A DNA stretch of 64,000 nt from Klebsormidium nitens. Lineage: Eukaryota; Plantae; Klebsormidiophyceae. The position numbers and the translations under genes are program-made. The DNA is taken from assembly GCA_000708835.1 (NCBI GenBank), contig DF237470.1:800-64799 (forward strand), written 5' to 3'. Each line of letters starts with the position of its first letter. Position 1 is the stretch's first letter. A model generated the notes under the pieces. The model worked only from the letters and a program-made list of their open reading frames with translations. It did not search any database and was not told where the DNA came from. Shown in pieces: positions 36,413 to 49,246 of this stretch.

Positions 36413-39400
36413 ACGGAGATTAGAGTAATGGCCTCACATAACCTAGTTCGCATGCGCTCGCGGCGACGTGCGTCCGTCCCCATCGTCTCGGAAGATGATT
36501 ACATCATTTTTTAATTCTAGACGGTAACAAGTGGCGTACACGTCCCCAATATCGGCCTAGGCTAAGATGCAAATATGTAGCCGCTCAGTAAGCCGCTGAG
36601 AATTGTCAAAGTGTCTGATTTATGGTGTTTTTAGATCTTGAATCGTTGATCGTTGCAATTCAAGAACTTCCGTGCATAAGTGTAGATGTCGTTCAATGGA
36701 GTAACCAGGCTCCCTGCCCGTTGCCAAACTTCGGTAGCTAGTGACATTATTCGGCTAGTTAGGCCCGGGACTCGGAGCCAAACTTATTGCAATTTTATCT
36801 ACATTTGACTCGACAGTACAAGCTAATCACGCCGTGATGGTACGTGTTAACAGGTTGGCACTGATCGTCTTCAGGCTTACTAACCAATTTGCACCACGTA
36901 TTAAAAAAATTTGATGGTAAATTGACATGTGCGCCGGCACTGAGCCCACTCACCAGCTGTTAGGTCCATAGTATGGACGTGCACAATCATGATCCCGGCC
37001 GGTGTGTGATTATTTAACTACGCGTACAATCGAATGTCCTGACGCGCGGCGCCGGCGGAGCTTCATTTGAATTAGCCAATGAGAAAGTTGAGCGCGCCCG
37101 GCCGGCTCATTGAGCCCGGCATGGCGTAGTATGTGAGATATCATTTGACTCTTATGATCGTGATCTATGAGTCAATATTCGATGACTCAATATCATGCAT
37201 CCGAGTCCAATCGGAGAGTTGGAGAGCCTCTAATGCATAATATGAAGTTGTCACCCCGTCCGATCAGTGAAACCGGTGGAGAAGTTAAATTTGGAGGAAA
37301 TATAGATCAGACAAACAAGCAAGTACAGATCTACAGACAACTCGGCTTCTAGCTAGCTCATGGCGAAACACACGTACGAAGCTTGCCAGTGTGAGATTTG
37401 ATCTATAATATACCTAATCTCAAGCCTACACAATGATACACAAGCCTGGAAGCCTGTGCAAGCCCTCCGGTGAGCGACGCGCCCTCACTGTCAGGCCCGA
37501 GCGACGCCCTCAGCTAGGGAGCAAGCTCAGCTAGTAGGTACGGTACCGTAAATCGTACGCTCGAGCGGGCCGGCCGGAGACTCGTCACTTGGCAGGCTCC
37601 GACCCAGGCCCGCGTCCGGTCGCACTGTGATTGGCAGAGCCTGAGATACCATAAGCATGTCAAGACCAATGCATACTCAAGGCAACTCATCCCGAATGTC
37701 AAGGTCGAGATAACCTGCCACACCTCTGGAGCACCAAGTTTCGCGGCGCCGTACATGATATGGATTTCCATGTTGTGCATTCAGCAAGCCACATAAGTCT
37801 TACTGAGATTCAATCAGGTCAATACACTGTACTGTTCTTCATGCAATCGAAGAATCCTTTAGGGGTAGCAAGACAATCGTTGAAGCTTATTTGTCTTGCC
37901 GAGTAACCTCTATGCATGAAAATGTCATTGCCTAGAAACAAGCCTAAATAATGTAGCTCCAAAAGTCCTAGAAGTATACCCTTTTTCTGATCACTATGGA
38001 AACGTGTTCCTGATCGCTACAGTAAGGTAGGGCTGCTGAGTACTTCTAGTGACAACGGACAAGAGCTGGCTGGGCTTGTTACAAGTGATGGCAAATGAGC
38101 ATGCAAAACGTATGCGAGAGAATTGAGAACTAGGATGCATGATGGCAAAGCAAAATAGAGTCAAATCACGTCACTATCTAACCAGCCAGCTTTTCAAGCA
38201 AGTCTTTGATGCTCTCTCAGAGCCTTGGCATTGATAAGTATCATACCTGTATGAAGGATGACGAGGAGTTGTCAGAAAGTGTTAATACCCGCAGCGCTCA
38301 GTGATGCCGAACCACAGTCTGTAAAAAGTTTTTACGCCGCAGCCAGCTCTTCTCCTTGGTGTCGACGGTGCTGTTGAGCGCAGAGAAGCTGGTTGCTGAA
38401 GTAGGACTTGGAAAAGAGAAAGACAATCTTCTCCTTTCTTGGAATATAGCCGTCCAGATTGACAAGCTGCCCGGAATGCCAAATACTGAAAACGGGGGTA
38501 ACGTTTTCCTACTTCGACGGCTTGAACGTCTTCTTTTCAGTCATTTGAGTGACGAGACGTGATCCCGAGGAGAGACAAAGCGTTTTCACCGTTTCACTTC
38601 TGAAAATGAAGGCGTCCAATTGGACAGGTCCTTATCCAATGAACCAACTTTGGTGGCGTCTGATCTTGAGTCAACTAGACTGGGTTTAAAAGTTGATAAA
38701 ATCCGGGGAATCATAACCGTCGAATGAATTGCAATCGAACGGTACCAGAGTGTTAATCCGTCTGGACACGTGTCTGACCGTCCTTGCTGTTCCGGGCCGG
38801 ACGTCCGGATGGAGTCACCGCGGGTGAATCCGCTTTAGGTGCAGAACGGACGCCTGCGAGAATGACGAAGTACAATTATTGTGGCTGCTGGTCACTGAGT
38901 GCGACGCGCGCGCGTCCAGGCGGCCGGCGAGGGGCGAGTCGGTGCGGCACTAGCTGGAGATACCGTGACCGGTCCGAGTTCTGACCGGTCATCATTCCCC
39001 GCTTGTAATATAAAGCTAACCGACCGAATTTCCTGCAGAAGCTAACAAATTGTTTACCGGTGTTTGAACCCGGTACGATCGCCGGAAGCTTAGCCGTGAC
39101 GCCGTCGTACCGTAATATCGTACTCCCACTGACGTGGGAAAGTAAATGCGTCCGCCGAGGCGGACTTCGGAGCAAGTCGGAGCGCATGACGGCATGACGA
39201 AAGGCGTGAGTCTAGAATGGCCGCATTGCATGCATAAATTGGTGCTGTAGCAGTCCAGCGAGTCTGCGGCCCTTTTGTCGGTTCCTGCACTGCCCAAAAT
39301 GATACAAACAGATAATATTGCACCGCCGGGTCGCCTAGTGGTTTCAGTCTTCCGACCGCTGCTTGCGTGAGCTGGCTATCTTGTGGGCCTGTGGCGCGTC

Positions 39401-39774
39401 ACCACTACTACGCCTGTGTACTAGTAGGTTCAATCAGAAACAGACTGTACGGTGCAATTCTCCGAGCTAGGGGCAACTTTTTCTGGTCTCCGAAGCTTTC
39501 GGTCGTAGCGTTTGGCCATGATCAATATAGTCGTCTGAAGGAGAGTGCTCATGCTCTGTGGATCTACTCCTGACTTGTTCGCTTTGGAACAGCTGACATA
39601 AATAATTAAGTACTCTCTCAGCCGTGACTTCCGAGCTAAGAAGACAATCCTCCGACAGCGAGCTCTGCCTCAGCTCTGCTCACTTTAAAAGCTTTGATAT
39701 GCAGTGATACTTGCAGCTTGCAGCGTCTCTCATTTATTCCTTCTTGCACTGCCAAGCCCGCGCTCCTCTTTCCA

Positions 39775-42700
39775 ATGTCTCCTTTCGACGTCGAGTCCGC
39801 GGCGGTGCTGGCAGGTCAGCTTGGAGCTCCCGAGCGGAACGGCGCTGCTCTGATTGACGCACACATGTTATCCGGAGACTCCATCAACGAGATGGCTGTG
39901 GCGGAAAGTGTCAAGCAGCATCAGAAAACGTATGACCTTCTGGCCCAGAAGGTGACTTACAAGGTGAGTTGCTTGGTTACTGTCTTTGGTGACCGCGCTC
40001 TGTAGGTCAGCCCGTTGAGCTTGGTCTGGGCAGGCTTTTGATTCTCGAATGTGCTTCAGTGTGTGCTCTTCTTTGGCCTCACCGCTATCAAAGCGGTGTG
40101 CGGCGTATTTGTCAAGAAGCAGACAGTAAGCAGAAGCCCTGAGCACCAGTACTAGGTCAGCTGGGTTTGTTAAACAAGACTCTGCCGTAAGTGAATCTAA
40201 CGTCAAACCCCAGTAGTCCAGGCTTGTGCATAAACGGCCATAGAACAACGTTCTTTTCTACAGCCGCCCTCAACTCTTAGCATTATATATTTCAGTGACT
40301 CAGTGAAGTTGAATAGACTCATCAATGCGTGAGTCGAGCCTTTGAGAAACCCCCGAAAAAAGTTTCTATTAAGTAACCCTAGCTGCTCTGAATAATGGGG
40401 ATATCGTACTTGTGATGAGAGCTGGTTCACCTCGGTGCGTCCTCTTAAGAGTCTGTTCGATAAAGTTCGCAAAACCACCAGCATTCAGTTGCAGATCAAG
40501 TCAAAAGAAAAGGACTGACCTCACAGGGTCACCCGCAGTAAGCTTTTCATTCAAATCCGCCTAGCTCGCCACTTCCACAAGCATATTCCGGCCTCCCTTG
40601 TATGAATAACAAACAACCAGAACGAAGCTCGCCTTTGTCAGATCACAGGCTCAAATAAACTGCTGACCCGCTCTTCTCCATTCAAGCAGATCGGATCAAA
40701 GACCGCGGAGGGCTCCCGCCAGAAGATCCTTCTGAATGACGTCAGCACGGTCGCCCGCCACGGCGAAATCCTTGCGGTGGTGGGACCCTCAGGCGCCGGG
40801 AAATCGACGTTCCTGGATGCCATCAGCGGGCGCATCGACGGCTCTGATTTGGAGGGCGGCTTCCTCGTCAATGGAGCGCCGATGGATGCAAGCTTCCGTA
40901 GACTGTCGGGGTATGTGATGCAGGTACGTCCGGGGCTGCAAGGCCGACCGTTAAGGAGTTAAGGTTCTCGTGTGTTCCGTTTAAGGAGCACTTCAGCATC
41001 TTCGTGTTGTTGAATCAAATGTTGCGGTCCTGGATTTCTGTTCTGTTCGAAGACGTCGAGTCGCAAACTTCGTACATAAAGGCTTCAAAAGGACAATGTG
41101 TTCTCAAGGAAGTTTATACCTGTAGCAGGAACAGATCTCGGCTCAAAGTCCAACTTGTTTCCTTGTAGGCAAAATCTTATATCCTCACTCCGTGGCTCTT
41201 GGCCTCCTTGCACAAAACTTTCATCAGCTCAACGTCTCTTCACGAGAGCGAAGCGAGTCTTAGGCGCATAATCTGAAGATGCACAGGACTTACTGCTAAC
41301 CAGGCTGCCTGCCAAACTTCCTAGAGTCTCCGGTTATTCCACAAATGACCCGGCTTTCACCTGTTCCCAAGGATGGTTACGCCCACCTGTACACCGTTAT
41401 AGGACACATAACCGTCTTTCTAAGAAACCCATAACCGTCCCTTAAACATCCCATAACCATCCCATACCAGCCCAAACCATCCTGGTTCACATGAAGGACC
41501 AAAAAAATCAAAATTGACCTACTTTTTGCAGGACGATCAGCTGTACCCGCTTCTGTCAGTGCGCGAGACGCTTATGTTCAGCGCGCGCCTGCGACTGCCC
41601 AGCAGCATGAGCGCCGCAGAGAAGGCCGCGCGCGTCGAGAAGACGATTGCGGAGCTCGGACTGGCCAGCTGTGCGGACACGCGCATCGGGAATGAGAGCG
41701 TGAGTCTGTCGAGTTCGTTGAGTCTTTTGATGACTGCCTTTTCTGAAGGGACTTTTCCGGAGTCATGGAAAATTCTACGCTGCAGGTGTTGGAAACGCGT
41801 ATTGGGAATGAGAACGTGGGAATCTGTTGGTCAGTGCCTGTTCTGAGTGCAAGGTTTCGGATTGGAGGGGACCGTTTGCTGAAAGTGCTGAAAGCAGCAG
41901 TGGCCGAGAACAAAAGCTTTGCAGAAGGTATCAGAGGAGCTGGCAGGAAAGCGCACTGTAAAACGTACACTTAAACATCAGCAGTAGCTCATTCGGTAAT
42001 CAAACGGTGGGCTCTTAACCGAATACTAGGCCCTGTCGCCAAATCGAAGAGTCGTCTGATGTGATGTCTGTGAACCTTGAGAGAGTGCAAAATCTCGACG
42101 AAACACGTTCAAAGAGCCTTCAAAGATCACGTTCTTGCGGACTTGTCTTCCTAAACGGCGCATGCTTTCCCATAATCACTCGTAAGGGACGCTCCCTTCA
42201 GAGTTCCAAAACAGATGACAGGGCGGCTTCCAGCTTGAGCTCATTCCTTCAACCGGAAAGTGGAAGCAACTCCTCCTTCTGAACTAGACAGCTTTTCTCT
42301 GCTGGTATAGGCGCGCGGGATCTCCGGAGGCGAGAAGCGACGTGTGTCCATCGGCGTTGACCTGATCCACGATCCATCAGTGCTGTGAGCGTTTTCCTGA
42401 AATATACTGCAATCGACAGACATATCCCATGCATTGCGTGGCAGTGCTTACTTCTACCCATTGGCCGGGGCTTCTTAGAGCTCCGCTCGCGTCTCTTCCT
42501 CCCTTCGCCCTTGCTCCTGATTATGTTCACTGGAATCGTTTCCGGCAGATCTTGATGTATCCCGCGTTTTCCTGCCACGACTCTGAGACCGCTCGTCCTT
42601 TCTCTATCGCACAATCTCACGAATCAAACACGGTCTTGCTAAGTCGTTTCTTTACCCCTCACAGCTCCCCCCGTCTTGTCGGCATTAACCAATGTGCTAT

Positions 42701-45700
42701 CTAGGTAAAGTGTCCCAGGTTTTTGGACGAGCCGACCTCGGGCCTAGACTCCACGGCCGCGCTCAACGTGGTGCAAACCCTGCACACCATGGCGCGCGCG
42801 CGCGGCCGCACGATCGTGCTTACCATCCACCAGCCCAGCTTCAGGTGGGCTCACCTGTTGCAGTTATATCGAGCGTGTGTGGGCTTCTTCCCGCTTTCCC
42901 CTGCTTAAACTTAGACCCAAGTATCTGCTCCGGATCTCCTTTTGTATGCTGCTTCTTCAGCTTTATCTGCGTACGATTTTGAGGCTCACCTTCTGTAATA
43001 TTACGTGCTGTTTCACCTGAGTGCCTTGATTTCTATGCGCTGCCAACCTTGGTCCCGGAAGACCCAATTTGACATCAAGAAATTCTACGCTCTTGTCCAT
43101 CTTTCCGTTTCATTCCTGCCTACGCTGCCATCTGCTTCCATTCAACTGTTCAAAAGAAGAACTTGAAGACGGCAACAAGAAAGCATAACCAGTTCTGGAA
43201 CGTGAACCGCGCTGACCGCCAAACTCCGAGTGATACTTCCGATGATGATCTTCCCAAATCTTTAGTCACACTCTCCGCTTGCTTGATCGTCCAGGCTTTT
43301 GGCGCTCATCGACCGCCTTCTGCTTCTGGCCCGGGGCAGCCCGGTGTACCACGGCCCGACGGCCGGCCTCGGCGACCATTTCCGCCGTTTCGGCAGGCAC
43401 GTGGTCGCCCACGTGAACCAACTCGAGTTCGCCCTGGACGTCATTGAGGAGCTGGAGCAGAGCCCGGAAGGGATCGAACCTTTGGTTGCATTCTCAGTAA
43501 GCTGACGTCTGTATCTTTCTCTCACTTTGACATTGACCGAAGTTCCTCTTCTTGACTTGGGTGGTCTTTTTCGTCGTCCGAAATCGGTCCGGAGGCAGTC
43601 CTTTTGATGTCCACTATCACACTCGATTCCCTCGCTTCTCTCCTTATCTCTCAAATCGTCTTCTGTGATGTGGGTCCATCAAATGGCTAATTGCTGGTCT
43701 TTCCGGAAAACAGTTTCACTTTATGCCTGATGAGTACTCTCGTGATCGTCCGGTTGGTTCGTGAATCTCTGAGCCACTGACGTCTTGGGTCACTGAGCGC
43801 ACTGAGTTTCTCATCCCTTTTGGCTCCGGCGCTACTAGCGATCCCAAAACTCGTCACCACCAGGTTTTGAAGGTGTTATCGCTGTCGAGCTTTTGGTAGA
43901 AAAAGCAGACGGTTGGCAGCTCGCAACACTTGACTTTATACCTATCCGTTCGTCGATCAACGCCAGAAGATCCACCCCTTTCTTCAACCGCAGCGCGCAC
44001 AGCTGGAGGCCGCGGGGCCCCTCGCGCGCGCCGCGGCCGCGCCGTCCGCGCTCGGCCGGCCGCGCGCGGACAAGTTCGCGACCTCGTTCGCGTCGCAGCT
44101 GTGGGTCCTGTGCGACCGCGGCGCGCGCAATACTCTGCGCACCAAAGAGCTCTTCACCGCGCGGCTGGTGATCCTGTGCACGTCGAGCTTCATCCTGGGA
44201 TCGCTCTTCTTCCGCATAGGCTATACGCCGTTCGGCGTCCAGGCGCGGGTGTCGTATATCATATTCGTCATCTCGAGCATCCTGTTCACGTCGACGCAGA
44301 CGCTGCCGGTGTTCCTGGAGGAGCGGCTGGTGAGCGCTCGCGCGTGCGCGCCCTACTGGTCGTTTTTTCAGGCCTCTTTTAAAACTTTGATAAAATTCAC
44401 AGAGAAGTTGATGAAGATAAAAAGGATCCAGGTTTTCACCATTTCAGAAAATTCACGAGCTTGCAAAAGGACATAATGAAGATGGGAGTGCGTTCTGCGA
44501 AGGGCAGAAATTAGCACAAAGAGGAGTCTTGAGACGTAGACGAGCGAATATTGCGTCCGTAATCTCAATGACGGAAGGAAAGATGCTGTTTTCTTTTAGA
44601 CGTGTTTCTGATATCAGTCGTATCAGTAGGACTATTTGCAGTGCACTATTTACAATCTCCATTTAACGACGTTAAATAACCACCTAACCGTCTTTCAAGG
44701 TGACCTTCTTTGTTGTTTGCCTACAAGACAAAGTTTCCGACGCTTCTATGTACCTGAGTATTTCTTGCACGAAGCCTTTGGGTCCGGGTGACTGCACGGT
44801 TTCGTCGGCTGCGCTTCAAATTCCGCATTCCAAGCGCTTTGACATCGTTGAACTTCTCAGCTCGTCGATGCGACCATCGTCATCGAATCATCACCGCAAC
44901 ACATTTGCTAACAGAAAAAGAAGAGTGCCTTTGCCGTTTGTCTTGCTCCGCACAGTCTGAGCGAACCGGCTGCAATAAGCATTTGCTTGCCTTCCTGCCA
45001 CTTACCGGCCCTGAATCTTCTGTTACTCTAAAATTCTCAAAGGAAGTGTTTTTGCTTGGTAACCCGACTGATTTGCAGACTTGAGTCACTCGTTACTGGG
45101 CAAATAATCCGGCTTCAATCCTGTCGCAAGGCTGGCAAACCGCCCATAACCGCCCATAACCGCCCACGTCCGCTTACTGCACATCTAATCACTTCTTCAT
45201 TAGCACACAGCCAGCCCATAAGCAGCCAAGGTAAAGGTCCAAAACATTCTGTTGCTTCGTCCGCAGATCTTTGTCCGCGAGACGTCCCGCGGTGCGTACC
45301 GGACGTCCGCGTTTGTCGTGGCGCAGCAGCTGGTGTACGCGCCCTTCTTCCTGCTCCTCGCCGTCGCATTCTGCGCCATCTCCTACTTCATGGTACGCGC
45401 CGGCACGCGCGCGCGCCTCCCCCGGCGCTCTCTCTTAATCTGGTCGGCACGGGCGTTCTTCTCGGACAATGATGCATGCAACAGACAATTGGTCCCAATT
45501 TTAGTTTGAATGAGGGTTATGTTTGAGTCACGTAACTGTAAAGCAAGTCCTTGTTTGAGTCGCTGTTCCAGCGCGTGCTCCTGCTTGAATTACTTACACT
45601 AAACTACTGTCGAGGATGTGGAAGCCGGTCAGACATGATCATGGCCTTCTGAAACGGAACAAGCAGCTTGAACGTGGACGTTCATTTTCTCAACCAGAAC

Positions 45701-47444
45701 AAAGAAAAGACGGGTTGTTTCAGCGATAGAGGGTCTTGAACAGCGAGAATTCAAGCAGCAGATGAACATACGCTATTTGAACAGGGCAGCTATTGTACTG
45801 CTGCTCCTTTGTCAATACCAGCACCAAACCCTCGGTCACCCAAACAGGAGCCGCACCGTCCCTATCTGACCCTTCCGTTCCGGTTCCGTGAAGAGCAGGT
45901 GGGCATGGCGGCCGGAACGGAGCACCCTCTATTACTATAAAACCAAACGGCACCGTCCCTGTCTGACCCTTCCGTTCCGGTTCCGCTGACTGCAGGTGGG
46001 CATGGCGGCCGGAACGGAGCCGTTCCTCTTCTTCGTCCTCTCGGTGTGGCTGGTCCTCATCGTGGCGAACACGTTTGTGCTCTTCTGGGGCGCGGTTGTG
46101 CCGAACGTCATCAGAGGAAACATCCTGGTCTTCTACGCCACCGCCTACTTCTGGCTGCTCTCCGGCTTTTTCACACCGCTGTGAGCGCGCACCCCTTTGG
46201 TTGTGTAATTTTTTTTCCGAGGGAACGGTCTTCTCCACTACGGCCTACTTCTGGCTGCTCTAGTCCGGCCTTTTTCACACCGCTGTGAGCGCGCATCCTT
46301 TTGGTCGTGTGAAACCGGGCCTTCCGAAGGAACGGCATTTTCAATTACGGCCTACTTCTGGCTGCTTTCCGACTTTTCACAACGCTGTGAGCGCGCACCC
46401 CCTTGGTTGTGTTAAAACTTCCGTAGGAACCGGTGGCTATTGCTACCCTCTGCTGGTTCCGTTAGTGTTCGGGTAGGCGTTGAACACAGCGCTTCGGACT
46501 TAGATAAGCGTAGAACGGGTATGGAAGCTCCTTGAAGAACCATCAGACGGTTCTTCTTCGCGATGCTATGCATTCCACGGAAGTTCGGTTTTCTGGCACC
46601 CTTGGAAGGAGATTTCACACCGTTCATCTTCTTTGCCAAGAAGTTTTCGGCATGTGATTGGCTGTTCTCGTTTCCCACGCTTTCTCGAATTCGACTTCAT
46701 CCAATCCAGAAGCCGGCCTTGATGTGAGCACCTAATCTGGTTTGCCTCCATCTAAAACTAAAATAATCCAACGAAGGTCACTCGACCAAGATTCCGCAAC
46801 GCTGGTGCATCATAGGAGGATTGAACCACTACTTGGACATTTGGAAGAGAAGGGGAAGTTACGAACATCCAGAGGCCTTGATGCCCTTTCTATTCACAAG
46901 TAGCTGGTTGTGGTTCGCTTCGACGTCCTTCAACCCAGATACTTGTTAAACCTAGCCAACGTTGCTCAGTATGCGAGCTTTTTGTCGGCGTAAAGTCCCC
47001 GCCTGACCCTTTTATCATCCGCTCCCCCAGGCAAACTATTCCCTGGTATTGGATCTAGCTACATCACATTTTCACAGTTTGCAAGGTCGTTTACTTCCAT
47101 AACCTTTCCGTCTGACCCCCCTTATTTTTCGCCGTCATCCCAGGCAAACCATTCCATGGTACTGGATCTGGGCGCACTACATCTCCACGTTCAAGTACCC
47201 GCTGGAGATGTTGCTCGAGAACGAGTTCCATGCGCCCGGGGTAACGAACCGGTGCTTCGACGGTGTAAATGACGGCCTGGTTACACCTAACTGTACTTTA
47301 ACCCCGGGGGACATCCTCGGGGGGCTCAAAGCCGGGGGAGTGCATAAGTGGGTGAACACGGGGATCTACGTCGCGTTTTTCTTTGCGTATAGCTTCTTCT
47401 TTTACTTGATGCTGCTCAGGCAGACAAACAAGACTAGGAAGTGA
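39775..47444 (+). CDS. ABCG: ABC transporter G family half-transporter (WBC type), ~646 aa
   Basis: Exons 39775-39963, 40690-40923, 41532-41699, 42311-42384, 42719-42844, 43295-43496, 43994-44329, 45267-45392, 45996-46180 and 47144-47444 are all in phase. Motifs: Walker [15 protein letters not shown]|DD, signature [12 protein letters not shown], Walker [14 protein letters not shown]-loop TIHQPS, ABC2 membrane region (ERL|[11 protein letters not shown]; [13 protein letters not shown]). Confidence 0.95.
41405..41482 (+). repeat. Short CCCATAACC(G) motif array in ABCG intron 2
   Basis: cataaccgt (41407), cccataaccgt (41428), cccataaccat (41450), cccatacc, cccaaaccat. The same motif is tandem at ~45140-45165. 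Confidence 0.6.
45852..46411 (+). repeat. Local duplications of both junctions of ABCG exon 9
   Basis: 45852-45925 copies the acceptor plus exon start (real copy 45951-46022). 46227-46310 and 46346-46411 copy the exon end plus donor (…CTTCTGGCTGCT…CACACCGCT|GTGAGCGCGCA…). Confidence 0.92.
47000..47065 (+). repeat. Duplicated acceptor and start of ABCG exon 10
   Basis: …cccccag|gcaaactattccctggtattggatct vs real …atcccag|gcaaaccattccatggtactggatct (47143/47144). Confidence 0.85.
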
Positions 47445-48199
47445 GACTCGGTGGATGAGTTGGGAAGCAGTCTAAGGAAGTACGAAAAGATACTGGAACA
47501 TTGGAGAGGACGATTGCCGCTAGAAGCATACACAGCAGTCAGTCTTTGTACAAGCCATCCAGTGACCATTACATCCTAGTCTTTACAAAGTAGCTGACGG
47601 GCGTACTCGCTAGACTAGTACTAGGGCTGGACTATATTCTCAGCATACACCTGTGGCCGTTTGCTAAAGTTGTGACTTGTAGCTTCTCCTTGTAAAACTC
47701 CTTCGAGCTCACTTTGTTTGATTAGTAGGATCTCATCATAATTGGCTTCCTTCGAAACCTTTCAAAAGACCATAGGAGCTCTCCCTTCAAATTGTCGGAT
47801 TCGGTTTCCATTTGCAGTACGTGACGTGCTCGTTGATACAGCTGAAGCTTGTCAACATTTTAGTTGGCTTGCAAAATGTGTCTAGGCAATTGGCCCGCAC
47901 AGTTCTCGAACCGTTTTGATATATATGATGATCCCGTGGTGCTGGATGCCGTGCGTTTGACTTTTTGATGCTGGCATGATTGGGCTGAATCCGCAGCGCG
48001 CGGGTGGATGCGCGCTGACCAGCGCGCGCGGGGTGAGTTTCGGGTCCACAATCCAGCCTCTCTAGTCCAGCAAATAATAAGACTACTGCGAAGCTCCCGT
48101 CTGCAGATTCTAGCATTTCTTCGGCGTTCTGAAAACGCACACTGACAATGTCTGACCTGCACCTTAGAGTGACAAGACGCGTCTGAAAGCTCTGGTTGA

Positions 48200-48420
48200 T
48201 CATCCGCTGGAATCAATAAATCTAAAGCCCAGGCCAGAGAGAAACCGCAGTAGCTGCACTTTGTAGAGATTCTCCTGGCAGTAGCCGCCGCTCCGGGCAG
48301 CGGCGACGGGACGGGGCTCAAAAAGTTGCCGGAGGCACAACTGCCGCCGGTCATCGTCCCGAAGCAGCCGCACCAGTGCCGGTCTTGGCGCACTGGGCTG
48401 GGGGTAGCGGGGGCAGACTG
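48200..48420 (-). pseudogene. Isolated exon-like coding fragment of unknown product
   Basis: A pyrimidine-rich ttgcag acceptor is followed by an open frame CPRYPQPSAPRPALVRLLRDDDRRQLCLRQLFEPRPV…GGYCQENLYKVQLLRFLSGLGFRFIDSSG*. No convincing upstream exon was found. Confidence 0.3.
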
Positions 48421-49246
48421 CAAGTGTCAAGAACGGGATGCGTGACGTCAGGGCTACAGCCTTTGACACCGCAGGAGGCTTGTTGTTATGAAGGAAACAA
48501 AAAGTGCCCTCAGCGAAGGGAACAAGTACGAGCTGGACTATGTGGATGTATACCGTTGCCTCCTCCTGATCCTCCCAACAGTGAACCCTTGAGGTCTGGT
48601 GCTGCGTGGACATGATGAGAAGTTTCTGAACATAGTGCAGCCCAATTCGAAGCTTCTTCTTAAGGTCTGTACCTCGGTCTGTACAACTTATCCAGGATGA
48701 CGCCCCCGATAAGTTAAGGAAAGAAAGATTGAGGGCATGATCCTCGTGGCCATCCGGTTCCATCCGGTTACTCCGTTTCCCTGAGCTGGTCCCGGAATGT
48801 TGAGTCATCAAGAAGTTCCGAAGTTGAAGTCAACAAGCCGCGTCACTCGGTGCATTGACCACGATCACTGCGCATCCTGACGGGGCGTACTATAGTACAA
48901 TAAGCCGGGATCTTGTCCACTCGGACCAAGTTCGGGGCTCGTTCGGGGCGAACTGACAGCCCTAAGTAGGACTTTGAGCAGCGCCGGCAAGCTTGCCGCG
49001 TTTGATTAGATTACTAAGACAACTCGGAGTTCGTCGAGTGAATATTGATCGATGTGCATTGCACCCCATCTGGCATGTTGCGTAAAGAAACTCCTGCAAT
49101 TCAATGCGGTACTGAGCAGTGCAGATCGGATCATTCAGTCGTCGCTAACTTGCATCTCGTACGCGTGCCAGAATGCTACCCGAGTACCTCGAAATTGCCC
49201 CAAATCAGTCCGGACTCCGGACCCCGAAAACGTAAGATTAAGGACG

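Noticed and set aside
36500-39700. GT61-ABCG intergenic region with palindrome-rich patches and short ORFs
   Set aside because: No paired TIRs, TSDs or coding motifs could be established. Probably old TE debris and promoter sequence.
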